Virus record (IMG/VR): IMGVR_UViG_2927464213_000002
Location: 57,914-121,913 of that record
Length of the DNA: 64,000 nucleotides
Source: a virus
Lineage: Duplodnaviria > Caudoviricetes
Direction: 5' to 3' (one strand)
Within the stretch, counting starts at the first letter, position 1. Every line of letters begins with the position of its first letter. Below are positions 39,301 to 48,653 of the stretch, piece after piece. A program made the translations under genes and the position numbers. Under the pieces are notes generated by a model, which was not told where the DNA came from, searched no databases, and saw nothing but the letters and a program-made list of their open reading frames with translations.

Positions 39301-39662
39301 TCCCCGGGCTCAGACTCAGGGATCCGAAGACCGGCAGGCTGGACGGCAACGAGTTCACCGACTGGGTCGGTCCTGGCTCAGCCTACGGCAAGGGTCGCCA
39401 AGGCGCGATCAACTATCGCAGGTTCATCGAGCAGCACATCAACGATGTGCCGTCGCCGGCCGATGCGATCAAGAACGTTCCTGCGGCTCCGCAGTCTGGC
39501 GTCCCGATGAGGGGCGACTTTGGCGGCAGCGGCCGGGGTAGCGTCGCGATCCACATCAACGGCAACAGCCATGATCCGGAAGCTCTCGCAACGCTGGTCC
39601 AGCGCCGCGTCGACGAGCAGATGAACTGGCGGACCCACGACACGGACTCCGAATACACCTAA
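36315..39662 (+). CDS. Tape measure protein with a C-terminal accessory domain
   Basis: 1115 aa, helical and Ala/Gly-rich, follows the chaperones. Confidence 0.9.
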   Translation: MADEHMKMIAELEFRSSGSATIAALQAKIKALKEQINKSFAKNAITTPIVSPQLMKDLQGTGKAINGLTKKYVDMAKEARELGQMNARVYKGMQRDIQAHARAWQKASGSQKDDLAKSLKEKIKYHQAYRSVYNKENQRVLGMTASLHKAETDLHLAQWRNRERIDRQQRASALRSRAAFAASMRTVAGSVRSGSFQAGLIGGGLAYGTGRAVSSAIRSATDMDRAEANARINMDEKDIPGGFAGLRERILPKAVQLGQDPARYMQTVVEAAKAGVPERMSEQTGEMVTMLAKTFGVEADQAMDGMGYAIAQEFGAGRLKDIQGVRRLGNIAAFLAAKTAARPDQMFSFLRTGMGSGALLGMNQQSTLAFGASAIQAGAQGQQAARFLGSLGETLAELTMEANAITKKHHRSEKDRLFMSLPGQLGYGSYGEIEQKLKKDPNKGIFDLISSFQKIKAPLDRQKAMSAMFGADFGRFLANMIASPEMLKRTKELAEQAATQTEGNDFISEAWGEYSKSLEFLMGRIGATWKVIKTELGSTFKPFVEQLSLYISDWYNAVKTGGLKDKLTAVLNGLTEGFLGKSGTFRDLLEHMFGKPGEGGLGNTETYFKFARGFATGLREVGEMISNVMSKLSSYFGANGDAEAMGRFTAKIIALVGALVILGPVISVLSSFVTLVGALAAIFGSPALAAGVATALQNSGVNKSRIREKGESYESWQKRITEDKAARYQKQSGSGFNPADVHPMNYLGDKLDKFGGKIERASLMSTDFSAMRRGVGLGYAYEGASSSLAGGGGGGMRLLSGVGTPDALIKNVTPGGALPNFGVGTGGIIGRGGRGSSGVGSAPDVGTSVPAGGPADMSVGQGLGGNAFLAARRARFDQELKDDPTLRMHLAAMQATEGASRGGTIESLMNRADMQGKTMRQMLGYSADGRINPRSFYGPIRRGELGPTIERLKRNPKEFAKYDALTNRALAGSHIIGGHTDQGLPTDPNGSARTGIPGLRLRDPKTGRLDGNEFTDWVGPGSAYGKGRQGAINYRRFIEQHINDVPSPADAIKNVPAAPQSGVPMRGDFGGSGRGSVAIHINGNSHDPEALATLVQRRVDEQMNWRTHDTDSEYT

Positions 39663-39719
39663 CGCGAATAGCTCGGCCCTACGGGGCCGGGCTCTCCTCC
39701 AACAATCCGAGAGGTACCT

Positions 39720-40256
39720 ATGGCATTCATGCTGCTGGGCATGGCTCCCGTCTTGCAGAAGGGAGAGACGGCCCCCACGGATGGCAGCGACACGATCCTC
39801 TTCTACGTTCCGCTGCCGAACCACGAGACGCCCAACTTTGAGACGATCCAGCGCGACCACCAGTTCACCTGGGTGTCCAACGATCGGCTCTCTCGCGATC
39901 CGGCGATGCAGTTTGTCGGTCCAGGCGAGGAGAACGTCTCGATCGACGGGAAGCTGTATCCCTACCACTTCGGTGGTCTCGATACGATCTCGCGCCTGAA
40001 GGCCGCGGGCAGGCGGGGCAAGCCGATGGACATGATGCGGTTCTATCCGCTGAAGAACCCGGCCGGCTATGCAGCCGAGTTCGTCGGGACCTATGCGATC
40101 AAGCGCGTCCGCACCATCGAACAGAAGATCGGCGCGATCGGCGTGGCTCAGAAGGTCGACTTCACGGTCGAGCTGACGAAGTACGGCGACGACGTTTACA
40201 CGGGCGGCGTCGTAATCCCCGCGGCAACCGACGACAACTCGAGTCTGGGGATCTGA
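39720..40256 (+). CDS. P2 gpU-like tail protein
   Basis: R.SRDPAMQFVGPGEE.V.I.G.LYP...KVDFTVEL..Y. Confidence 0.88.
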   Translation: MAFMLLGMAPVLQKGETAPTDGSDTILFYVPLPNHETPNFETIQRDHQFTWVSNDRLSRDPAMQFVGPGEENVSIDGKLYPYHFGGLDTISRLKAAGRRGKPMDMMRFYPLKNPAGYAAEFVGTYAIKRVRTIEQKIGAIGVAQKVDFTVELTKYGDDVYTGGVVIPAATDDNSSLGI

Positions 40257-40477
40257 TGTCGACTTACGTCACCAAGCTTTTCGATAGGCTCGACCGTATC
40301 TGCTTCGCCAGGTACGGCAACTCGTCCAACGGGATCGTGGAATGGGTGATCGAACAGAACCCTGGCATCGAGCTTTACGGCATCGTGCTCCCGTTGGGCA
40401 TCACCATCAACCTTCCGGACGCACCGAAGACGCTGGATGCACCCCCGGTGCTCAAGCAGGTCTTCCTCTGGAAATAA
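40256..40477 (+). CDS. P2 gpX-like tail protein
   Basis: DRLDRICFARYG...VIEQNPG...LPLG..INLPD...LW. Confidence 0.9.
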   Translation: MSTYVTKLFDRLDRICFARYGNSSNGIVEWVIEQNPGIELYGIVLPLGITINLPDAPKTLDAPPVLKQVFLWK

Positions 40478-40508
40478 CTCTCTCCTGACGAGCACGCCTC
40501 GCCAGACA

Positions 40509-40538
40509 GGCCGTCCTTCGGGGCGGCCTTTTTCTTTT
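40509..40538 (+). terminator. Rho-independent terminator
   Basis: Same hairpin and T tract as 12951-12976. Confidence 0.75.
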
Positions 40539-40551
40539 GTGCGGAGTGGAT

Positions 40552-41664
40552 ATGGCCACTGGCTACACCCCGATCTACCGCGTCATGAAGGGCGGTATCG
40601 ATATCACGGGGAACTTCAACGACCGAACCACGCAGATCAAAGTTGAGCTGATCGCTGGCGGCGGCGAGGGCGACAACTGCACCATCACTCTCGATGACCG
40701 AGACTGGGCACTCGCCACGGTCGATCCGGGTGATCAGATCGGCGTCTACCTCGGCTACAAAGAGGTGGGCCTTGCCTATCTCGGAACCTTCAATCTCACC
40801 GACGTCGTCTACAAGGGCAAGCCGCGCAGTGTGCAGCTGGTCGGCACGTCCACCAAGTTCGGTGACCTGAACAAGGCGCCGACGACCAAGGAATACATCG
40901 GCAAGACCGTCGGCGAGATCCTCAGCGACATTGCCGGCGAGACCGGTATGGCCGTCGCAGGCGCCACTGGTCTGACCGACCAACAGGTCGAGACCAAGAA
41001 CCAGATCACCAGCAACCTGCACGTCATCAACGAGCTGGAGCGCCGCTACGGCGCCGTGGCGAAGGTGGTCGACGGCAAGCTGATGTTCGTCCCTCGCGAC
41101 TCCGTCACCAACGCCAGCGGCGAGCCCGTACCGACGTTGGTGCTCAAGCCGGAGCACTTTGGTGACTGGCAGGTCCGCTACATGCAGCGCTCCGCATTCA
41201 GCGGCGTGAAGGCGTTCTGGTGGGACGAGCACGACAAGGTCCGCAAATGGGTCCAGTCATCGACCGCTCCGATCGGGCAGGCCACTGGTGGCGAATATCC
41301 GATGGGCGAATGGTTCAAGTCGGCCGCGGAAGCAACTGCGGCTGCCAACTCCAAGATGGAAGCGTTCAACCGTGCCCAGGTCGAGGCAACGTTCGATCTC
41401 GCGAAGGGCGACCCGTGGATCCGCGACACTCAGACCATCTCGGTGCAGGGCATGCGCGACCGCGTGAACGGTTCTTACGTCGTTCAGCGGGCGATCCACA
41501 CGTACATCAAGAGCACCGGCATCCGCTCCACGCTCGAATGTCGCGGACCAGGCAACGGCTCTGACTTCAGCGACCGTGCCGACGACCTGCTGCTGAGTCC
41601 CCTCCCGGGAGAGCCCATGGGCACCGTGCTGCCCGAGAAATGGAACTTCCCCGAAGACCTCTAA
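40552..41664 (+). CDS. Baseplate hub (P2 gpD-like late control protein)
   Basis: G.DIT...D.CTITLDDR...V.LGY...LG.F...YGAVAKV.DGKLMF. Confidence 0.88.
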   Translation: MATGYTPIYRVMKGGIDITGNFNDRTTQIKVELIAGGGEGDNCTITLDDRDWALATVDPGDQIGVYLGYKEVGLAYLGTFNLTDVVYKGKPRSVQLVGTSTKFGDLNKAPTTKEYIGKTVGEILSDIAGETGMAVAGATGLTDQQVETKNQITSNLHVINELERRYGAVAKVVDGKLMFVPRDSVTNASGEPVPTLVLKPEHFGDWQVRYMQRSAFSGVKAFWWDEHDKVRKWVQSSTAPIGQATGGEYPMGEWFKSAAEATAAANSKMEAFNRAQVEATFDLAKGDPWIRDTQTISVQGMRDRVNGSYVVQRAIHTYIKSTGIRSTLECRGPGNGSDFSDRADDLLLSPLPGEPMGTVLPEKWNFPEDL

Positions 41665-41678
41665 CGAAAGACTCCAAC

Positions 41679-42845
41679 ATGTTCAGTAAGGAAATCGTTG
41701 ATGCCATCGTGGCGGCAGCGAACGCAAACGGCTGGCCTGCGTCTGCGCTGCTCGCCGTTGTCGAATGCGAGACCTCGGGGAAGCCGTTCGAGCAGGACAA
41801 CCACACCCCGGCGCTGCTCTTCGAGCGGCACAAGTTTTATTCCGAGCTGCAGTCCCACAAGCCGATGAAGCTGAAGGACGCCATCAAGGCTGGCCTCGCC
41901 ATCCCGAAGTGGAGCCGGAATACCCAGTACAAGGACCAGGGCACCTCGGCCGGTCGATTGAATGTCATCGCAAAAGCGAGGCAGATCGACGAGGAAGTCG
42001 CCAACAGAGCGGCGTCCTGGGGCCTTGGCCAAACCATGGGCTTCAACGCCGAGCGCCTGCACTACGACAACGCGACCGCCATGGTCGAGGAGCTGTCGAA
42101 GGGCGTCGCCGAGCAGATCGAAGCCATGGTCCGAGAGATCAAGTCGAGCAAGCTCGACAAGCATCTCATCGCCAAGGACTTCGCCAAGTTCGCCAAGGGC
42201 TACAACGGCGCCGGCTACAAGCAGAACAACTACGACACGCGGATGCGCAACGCTGACGCTGTCTGGGCTCGGCGCCTGGCCAACGGCTTCGAGGCCAAGC
42301 CGAGCAAGTCCGTCACGCTGCTCTACCAGAGCAAGCTGAAGGAGCTGGGCTACGCGGTCGGCAAGGTCGACGGCGACTGGGGCAACCTGACCACTGGCGC
42401 GACCTCCGCCTTCCAGCGGAAGGAAGGCCTGAAGATCACTGGCCATCCCAACGACGAGACCACTGAGCATCTCGATACCGTCGGTCCCGATCAGGCTGCC
42501 GAGCCTTCGGTCGCGCGCCAGACGGCGACGGTCGACGATCTCCGGACCGCCGGCTCGGCGACGATCGCGGCGGCCGACAAGGGCTCGCTCGTGTCGAAGA
42601 TCCTGGTGGGTGCGGGCGCCGTGGGTGGCGCGCAGCAGACCGGCATCCTCGACCAGGCTCAGGACATGGTCGGCAAGGCGCAGACCGCCAAGGCCGTCCT
42701 CGACTCGATCCACGACCTCGCCGCCGGCCTCGCGCCGTACTGGTGGGTCGGTGTGATCGCTGTCGGCTTCATCACCTGGCAGCTCTACGGCGACGTGATC
42801 AAGCGCCGCCTCGCAGACCATCAGACAGGAGTCCACCTTGGATAA
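41679..42845 (+). CDS. Endolysin: N-acetylmuramidase (DUF3380-like) + peptidoglycan-binding domain + C-terminal hydrophobic segment
   Basis: AVVECET.G...LLFERHKF...ASWGLGQTMGFN...FAKGYNGAGY..N.YD; LKELGY..GKVDGDWG..T...FQ. Confidence 0.92.
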   Translation: MFSKEIVDAIVAAANANGWPASALLAVVECETSGKPFEQDNHTPALLFERHKFYSELQSHKPMKLKDAIKAGLAIPKWSRNTQYKDQGTSAGRLNVIAKARQIDEEVANRAASWGLGQTMGFNAERLHYDNATAMVEELSKGVAEQIEAMVREIKSSKLDKHLIAKDFAKFAKGYNGAGYKQNNYDTRMRNADAVWARRLANGFEAKPSKSVTLLYQSKLKELGYAVGKVDGDWGNLTTGATSAFQRKEGLKITGHPNDETTEHLDTVGPDQAAEPSVARQTATVDDLRTAGSATIAAADKGSLVSKILVGAGAVGGAQQTGILDQAQDMVGKAQTAKAVLDSIHDLAAGLAPYWWVGVIAVGFITWQLYGDVIKRRLADHQTGVHLG

Positions 42846-43236
42846 GGCCATCACCAAGGCAAAGGCCATCTTTGCCAAGGCGAAGGAGATCCTCGCGACC
42901 AAGTTTGGCAAGGCCCTCGCGGCCTTGCTGATCCTGGCGGCGATCATCGCCTACGCGCATCACCGTGGAGTCGTCTCGACCTCCGCCAAGTTCACCGCGC
43001 AGGTGGAGCAGCTGAAGCAGCAGCTCGCCGACGCATCAGCAAAGCCCGCTCCCGTCTGCCTGGACCAGGAGCCCGACGCCGGCACGGCCGAACGTCTCAA
43101 GCAGGCTGAAACGGCGAAAGCCGCTCTCGAAAAGAAGGTCAAGGACTATGAAAAGCAGCTGGGTCACCGGCCTGCGAAGGCTGGCGGTTTTGTTCTGTCT
43201 CCCGCTGACGCTCGCAGCCTGCAAAACATTCGGTGA
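42838..43236 (+). CDS. Inner-membrane spanin (Rz-like)
   Basis: One TM helix then coiled coil; follows the endolysin. Confidence 0.65.
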   Translation: MDKAITKAKAIFAKAKEILATKFGKALAALLILAAIIAYAHHRGVVSTSAKFTAQVEQLKQQLADASAKPAPVCLDQEPDAGTAERLKQAETAKAALEKKVKDYEKQLGHRPAKAGGFVLSPADARSLQNIR

Positions 43237-43441
43237 TGCGTCGCCGCAGGAACGGATGACCATCCAGTCCTGCGTGCGCCTGGCGAGCACCGTGGAGCTT
43301 CCTCCGATCAAGGCAGGCATGGATGCCCGCGTCGTGATCGCGCGCTACCGGGCCGCCCTGGTGGCCGCAAACGGCAATATCGACGACACAAAGGCCTGCA
43401 TGGCCCTGCTCGATCGGGCAGAACAGGACGGTAAATTCTAA
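43148..43441 (+). CDS. Outer-membrane lipoprotein spanin (Rz1-like)
   Basis: Lipobox LTLAAC; overlaps the i-spanin in another frame. Confidence 0.65.
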   Translation: MKSSWVTGLRRLAVLFCLPLTLAACKTFGDASPQERMTIQSCVRLASTVELPPIKAGMDARVVIARYRAALVAANGNIDDTKACMALLDRAEQDGKF

Positions 43442-43770
43442 TGGCTCTCGCCGACGTAACGCTCGCCGACGTGCTGAGCCTCGCCGGACCCATCATCGCG
43501 GTCGTGGGCGCCATCTCCGGCGTCTGGTACCGCATGGAGACCAAGGTGGAGGGCGTGCGCAAAGACGCTGCCGACTCCATCCACTCCGTCGAGAAGGATC
43601 TGGCAAACTTCAAGATGAAGGTCGTCGAGGAATATGCTTCCTGGGATACCGTGCGAGCGATCGAGACCCGCCTGACCGAACGGATGGACGGCCTCTCGAA
43701 CCAAGTCATGGCCATGCCGGACGCAGTGGTCGACCGCATCACGAAGTTCCTCAATCTGAAATCTGCATAA
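43441..43770 (+). CDS. Single-TM coiled-coil lysis-cassette protein (holin-like)
   Basis: N-terminal TM segment; TAATG coupling. Confidence 0.55.
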   Translation: MALADVTLADVLSLAGPIIAVVGAISGVWYRMETKVEGVRKDAADSIHSVEKDLANFKMKVVEEYASWDTVRAIETRLTERMDGLSNQVMAMPDAVVDRITKFLNLKSA

Positions 43771-43927
43771 GCCCTGTGCGGGCCGGGACGCCCCGGCCAT
43801 CTACCGACACCAAACCGCACACGCAGACCCTGAGCGCTCAGGGGCAGCCGGTGAGAGCCCGGCCCACCGTTTGCAGTCTCGTGACGGCCCGACTACAATC
43901 CCCGCGGGAAACTGAAGGGGTGGGGTT

Positions 43928-44395
43928 GTGAAATCGCGGTACCTTTTGACGGCTGCAATATTGCTGCTGGTGCTTCATGGCGTGAATGCTCAGACGTCTC
44001 GCAGGGAAACCAAAGAAGATGGTGACGCCTGGTCGAAGCAGGTCAGCTCGAAAGTCTGTAAGAGCGACAACCCGGCAGACGAGGCTGAGTGCAGTCGCAT
44101 CTATGCAAGCATTCCGATGTGCGTCGACTACAAGAATTACGGGTTCATTTGGTTCGACATGGCCGAGAATCCCATTCCAAACGTCGACACGTTGTCGTCT
44201 CAGACCGACGTCATCAATCATCTTGGTGACAAGCGGACGGCCAGCACTCCGCCGTTCTACTCCTCACCTCAATACCGTGACGCGCTTGTTCGGCTGCTTC
44301 GCGTGACGCTGTCGCCCGACCGCAAGAAGTGGGGCGGGCAGGTACAGTTTTCTGACTTTGTTTACAAAAGCTGCCTGGCAGGTCGCCCTCTCTGA
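43928..44395 (+). CDS. Secreted Cys-containing moron protein
   Basis: Signal peptide ending VNA; visibly more AT-rich codons than its neighbours. Confidence 0.6.
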   Translation: MKSRYLLTAAILLLVLHGVNAQTSRRETKEDGDAWSKQVSSKVCKSDNPADEAECSRIYASIPMCVDYKNYGFIWFDMAENPIPNVDTLSSQTDVINHLGDKRTASTPPFYSSPQYRDALVRLLRVTLSPDRKKWGGQVQFSDFVYKSCLAGRPL

Positions 44396-44503
44396 ACTGA
44401 GAGATCACGCCGGCATCGATGCGATCATTTGCAGTCATTTGCATGAATGCAAGTTCTATGGTAGTGCCTCAGGAAGAAATCCACAGCCCTTCCGAAGGAA
44501 ACC

Positions 44504-46492
44504 ATGGCACCGCCGCAAACGCCGTCCGCCGAACGCGCCCGCAGGAAACAGGTCATCGAAGACCTCCTGAGACAAGGGTATCACCCTCAGGGGTCGCGCG
44601 GCGGGATCGCATCAGCGACGAAGACGGCCGAGCGCCAAGAGAACATCAACTATCCGAACTGGGTCCGCGCCGAAGAGGCGCTGAAGCGCAAGCGCAAAGA
44701 GAACTATGCGATCGACTGGTCGCTCTACGTTCCGCCTGCACCCAAGGCTACCGTCACCTCAGGTGGCGAAGAACTGTCCGCCCAAGAAGTCGACCCGTTG
44801 ATCCGGGCGAAGACGCTCTCGGCCGAGGTTACGCAACTCATCACCCAATCGAAATACCCGGTCATCAACCCGGAAGCCGTCATCGTGGACACGCCGATGC
44901 TGCGGAGCTGGTCCGCCAAGCACCGTCGCTACGTCGAGAAGGAAGGCAAGCCACGGACCTGGATGGTCGAGACCCTCCGCGTCGCACCGTATCGCGACCC
45001 CCGCGGCAAGAACTTCATCTTCACGGGCGCGCAGAACGACGCGCTCCTGCACGAAGAGTTCTGGGTCAACCTGAAGGCCTACGCCGCCTACATCGACGCT
45101 GAGATCATCGTCGGTCCCTGGACCTACGAGACCCAGTGGTGGGCGGAGAACGACCCACAGGCGCGCGAGTACGCCCCCGAGCTGGCTGAGCACCTGTGCT
45201 TCGGCCAGATGAAGATCGGCGACAACTTCGTGTTCTGCGGCGAGATGAACACGCTGCCGACCGCGTCGCAGCCGATCTCCGACCTGGTCACGTACAGCCG
45301 GGGCCGCTGGGCCGTGTTCCCGCACGCCAAGCGCCAGCTCAAGAGCGTTCCGTCCAACGACCCCAACGTCCAGGCCCACCAGGTCATGACGTCGGGCGCC
45401 TGCACGCGGCCAAAGATCATCCCGCGCAAGGCGGGCGTGAAGTCGCTGTTCCACCAGGTTGTGGGCGCCACCGTGGTGCAGTTCGACGAAGACGGAGATG
45501 TCTTCTGCCGGCAGATCACGGCGGACGACCATACCGGGGCGTTCTACGACCTCGACGCCTACGTGGCGAACGCAGAGGTGACCACGGGCCATCGGGCTCG
45601 CGCGATCACCATGCCGGATCTCCACGTCCGCAAGATGGACCAGGCGAACTGCATGGCCATCTTCGGGTGGGACATGCGTGGTGGCCGAGCGCAGTACCGC
45701 GAGAGCATGGTCGACGTCCTCGATCCGGAGAATGTCATCGGTCACGACATCTTCGACAACGAGGCGCGGAACCACCACCACGTCCACGACAACGCCTACA
45801 GCTACGAGATGGCCTTCCGGGGCCGCGACAGCGTGGAGGAAGAGGTCGAGCAGTGCGGTCAGTTCCTGCTGACGGCGATCGGCATGGGCGCGCTGCCGAT
45901 GGTCACGGTCGGCGACCGGACCTTCATCGTTGCAGAAGGCAACCACGACATCGCGCTGGAGAAGTACGCCCGAGAAGGCCGGTACCGGAACGACGGCCGG
46001 AACGTCCGCTTCGGCTTGCAGCTCGAAGATGCATACCTGGACTACGTCGAACGGCGCTCGATCGCCATCGACAACAACCAGCCCGTGCCTCGCTTCTCGC
46101 TGCTCGAACACTCCATCCGGATGAAGTATCCGCAGCTCGGCGACAAGGTGGTCTGGTGCCATGACGGCTACAGCCACCTGATCGACGGTATCGAGGTCGG
46201 CAACCACGGCTTCCGCGGAGCGAACGGCGCCAAGGGCACCGTGGCCGGCTTCGCGCGGGCAGGGCGCAAGATGTCGATCGGCGACAAGCACAGCCCCGAG
46301 ATCATGGAGGGCGTGTACGTGGCCGGCGCCATGAACCTGCGCCACGGCTACAACAAGGGCCTGTCGGGCTGGGCGGTCACCGTGATCATCCAGTACCCGG
46401 ATGGCAAGCGCTCGCTGCTGACCTTGCAGAAGGGCAAATGGCGGCCTGGGAAGCGCGTTGTGCGCGTGCCGGCGCCGTCTTTCGCTGCGTGA
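44504..46492 (+). CDS. Calcineurin-like metallophosphoesterase/nuclease (possibly T5 A1-like)
   Basis: PDLH, GHD.FD, GNHD, HG and KHSP metal-binding motifs; FIFTGAQN N-terminal motif. The A1 link is from recall only. Confidence 0.7.
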   Translation: MAPPQTPSAERARRKQVIEDLLRQGYHPQGSRGGIASATKTAERQENINYPNWVRAEEALKRKRKENYAIDWSLYVPPAPKATVTSGGEELSAQEVDPLIRAKTLSAEVTQLITQSKYPVINPEAVIVDTPMLRSWSAKHRRYVEKEGKPRTWMVETLRVAPYRDPRGKNFIFTGAQNDALLHEEFWVNLKAYAAYIDAEIIVGPWTYETQWWAENDPQAREYAPELAEHLCFGQMKIGDNFVFCGEMNTLPTASQPISDLVTYSRGRWAVFPHAKRQLKSVPSNDPNVQAHQVMTSGACTRPKIIPRKAGVKSLFHQVVGATVVQFDEDGDVFCRQITADDHTGAFYDLDAYVANAEVTTGHRARAITMPDLHVRKMDQANCMAIFGWDMRGGRAQYRESMVDVLDPENVIGHDIFDNEARNHHHVHDNAYSYEMAFRGRDSVEEEVEQCGQFLLTAIGMGALPMVTVGDRTFIVAEGNHDIALEKYAREGRYRNDGRNVRFGLQLEDAYLDYVERRSIAIDNNQPVPRFSLLEHSIRMKYPQLGDKVVWCHDGYSHLIDGIEVGNHGFRGANGAKGTVAGFARAGRKMSIGDKHSPEIMEGVYVAGAMNLRHGYNKGLSGWAVTVIIQYPDGKRSLLTLQKGKWRPGKRVVRVPAPSFAA

Positions 46493-46521
46493 TCGTTTGC
46501 ATGAATGCAAAAGGAGGAACG

Positions 46522-46989
46522 ATGAAGCCGCTCGTCTACCTGGCGGGCCCGATCTCCGGGCTGAACTTCGATGGCGCCACCAGCTGGCGCGACAGCGTGA
46601 AGGAAGTGCTCGGCGAGTGGGGGATCAAAGCCCTCTCGCCGCTGCGCGAGCAAGAACACCTGAAGCAGGTCGGCATCTTCACGAACGCCGCTGAAGAGGC
46701 TGCTCGGCTCGAGTCGTCGATGTCGATGCCCAAAGGCCTGACCATCCGCGACCGCTGGGACGCGATGCGTTGCGACGTCCTGCTGGTGAACCTGCTCGGC
46801 GCGAAGACCGTGTCGATCGGCACCGTCATGGAGATCGCCTGGGCCGACTCCAAGGGCATCCCGATCGTTGCGGCGGTCGAGGAGAAATCCAATCCGCACG
46901 AGCACGCGATGCTCATGCACTGCATCGGCTATCGCCTCACCAGCCTGTGGGACGCCTGCGATGTGACCCGGCAGCTGCTTGCCTGCTGA
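46522..46989 (+). CDS. Nucleoside 2-deoxyribosyltransferase/hydrolase family protein
   Basis: VYLAGPI...RD..DAMRCDVLLVNL...SIGTVMEIAWA...IPIV; AGGAGG RBS. Confidence 0.85.
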   Translation: MKPLVYLAGPISGLNFDGATSWRDSVKEVLGEWGIKALSPLREQEHLKQVGIFTNAAEEAARLESSMSMPKGLTIRDRWDAMRCDVLLVNLLGAKTVSIGTVMEIAWADSKGIPIVAAVEEKSNPHEHAMLMHCIGYRLTSLWDACDVTRQLLAC

Positions 46990-47023
46990 TTTGCTTGAAT
47001 TGTAACGAGGAGAGAGAAGACAA

Positions 47024-47710
47024 ATGACGGTAGTTGGACTCGCAGGTTTCGCCCAGTCGGGCAAGACGACGGCGGCGCTGTACCTGGAGAAGAAGTACGG
47101 CATCCGCCGCAAGCACATCGCCGAGCCGCTGCGGGCGATGCTGGCTGTGCTGCTGCAGGCGAACGGCATGTCGTCGGACGAGATCACGCGCTACCTGGTG
47201 GGCGATCTCAAGGAGCAGGTCATCCCGTGCCTGGGCGTCACTTCGCGCTACGCGCAGATCACCATCGGCACCGAGTGGGGCCGGCAGCTGATCAGCCAGG
47301 ATCTCTGGGCCAACACCTGGGGGCGCGGCATCGCTGAGGGCGAGTCCGTGATGAACGACTCCGTGCGCTTCCCGAACGAGGCGGCGGCGATCCGGAAGCT
47401 CGGCGGCGTGGTCATCATGATCAAGCGCCCGGGGACCAAGCCGGCGAAGTTCAAGTGGGGCAAGCTCGGCGAGTTCCTGTACGACCGGTTCGGTCTGATG
47501 TGGGGCGTCCACGACAGCGAGCGCATCGATCGCATCAAGCCGGACTTCATCATCCACAACGATGCCTCGGTGGAGCAGCTGCAGGTCGATCTCGACAGCG
47601 CGCTGGTGAAGCACAACCAAATGGTCAAGCAGACCAGCTTCGCCTACTCCAAGCGGAGCGCAGCGGCGAGCGTCGGCCTGGCCCTCGCCGCCGGCGCCAC
47701 GGTGCGCTGA
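47024..47710 (+). CDS. Deoxynucleoside monophosphate kinase (T4 gp1-like)
   Basis: GLAGFAQSGKTT...AEPL...R...ITIGTEWGR...VRFPNE...HDSE. Confidence 0.88.
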   Translation: MTVVGLAGFAQSGKTTAALYLEKKYGIRRKHIAEPLRAMLAVLLQANGMSSDEITRYLVGDLKEQVIPCLGVTSRYAQITIGTEWGRQLISQDLWANTWGRGIAEGESVMNDSVRFPNEAAAIRKLGGVVIMIKRPGTKPAKFKWGKLGEFLYDRFGLMWGVHDSERIDRIKPDFIIHNDASVEQLQVDLDSALVKHNQMVKQTSFAYSKRSAAASVGLALAAGATVR

Positions 47711-48006
47711 TGCCGATGGTGCGCTGGAAGACAGACAGCAGGCCGCAGCGTCATGGATGGGCTCCAGGTGAGTACATCCATGCCCGCTGCGTCGGTCGGC
47801 TGTGCCATGAGCTGGATGATTCCAGCTTCATCGGAGCCAAGCGGGCGATCATGTGCGCCGACTGCGCATATGCGCTGCCGGAGCAGGTCGACGAGCCGGC
47901 ACCGAAACTCACCCAGGAGAGGTTGATCGAGATGATCAAGGACATGTTCCGACAAGTCCGGCAGATCGAACTCGCCCTGGAAGAGTTCGAGGCACGCAAG
48001 GGATGA
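47710..48006 (+). CDS. Hypothetical phage protein with Cys motifs
   Basis: GWAPGEY...C...FIGAKRA..CADCA; TGATG coupling. Confidence 0.6.
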   Translation: MPMVRWKTDSRPQRHGWAPGEYIHARCVGRLCHELDDSSFIGAKRAIMCADCAYALPEQVDEPAPKLTQERLIEMIKDMFRQVRQIELALEEFEARKG

Positions 48007-48653
48007 GGCTGATCAACATGAAATTGACCCGGGGTGACGCTGAGGTGATCACCCCGGAGCAGGTGTGGGCGGAGATCGGGAAGATCTTCGTGCAACGGGC
48101 TTGCGGTTTGCAGCTCACGGGGCCGGTCAAGAGTGGCCGCCCCCAGGTCAACGTGCGAGAGCTGTTGGCGAAGGAATAGTGTGCAATGTGATGGAAGCGC
48201 GGCGGCGTTCCCCATCCCTTGCACCGCTTGACCATCCGCGCCACCTTGCGGTCCCCCCGTGGGTTTGATCAAATCCGACAGTGATCCGGCTCCACATCGG
48301 AGCGCCCCGAAAAAGTTATCCAATGTCAAATGCTGCGATGAACTACTTTCGCACAGGGCAAGGCTCTGAATTTCCAGAGAAAACCCCGTTGCTAAAAGGA
48401 TGTCCACAGGCCGCAATTCCGACCATGCATCATTTTTCCGGGTATAATCGGTGCAAACAGCCGAATCGGCGTGTCGCGAAGATGCGCTCATGGGCTAGAA
48501 CGTGAATCGGGCGATGCTCTGGTAAAGCACCGCCCGACGCCTGGAGGAGATCCCGAGGGCTCTCCGTCCTCACAACGCTAGTTCTCGCTCTCCCCAGGCA
48601 CCTTTGTCAATCCGCTGCGCGATGTCGTTTCGCGCCACGCATGAGGTTTGCCT

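Noticed and set aside
24869-41664. Tailocin, T6SS or eCIS instead of a phage
   Set aside because: Terminase, portal, scaffold, capsid and integrase are all present.
17947-46510. Long minus-strand ORFs (e.g. 17947-19659, 29038-31761, 33663-35420, 44759-46510)
   Set aside because: Antisense shadows of high-GC3 structural genes, with no motifs or RBS.
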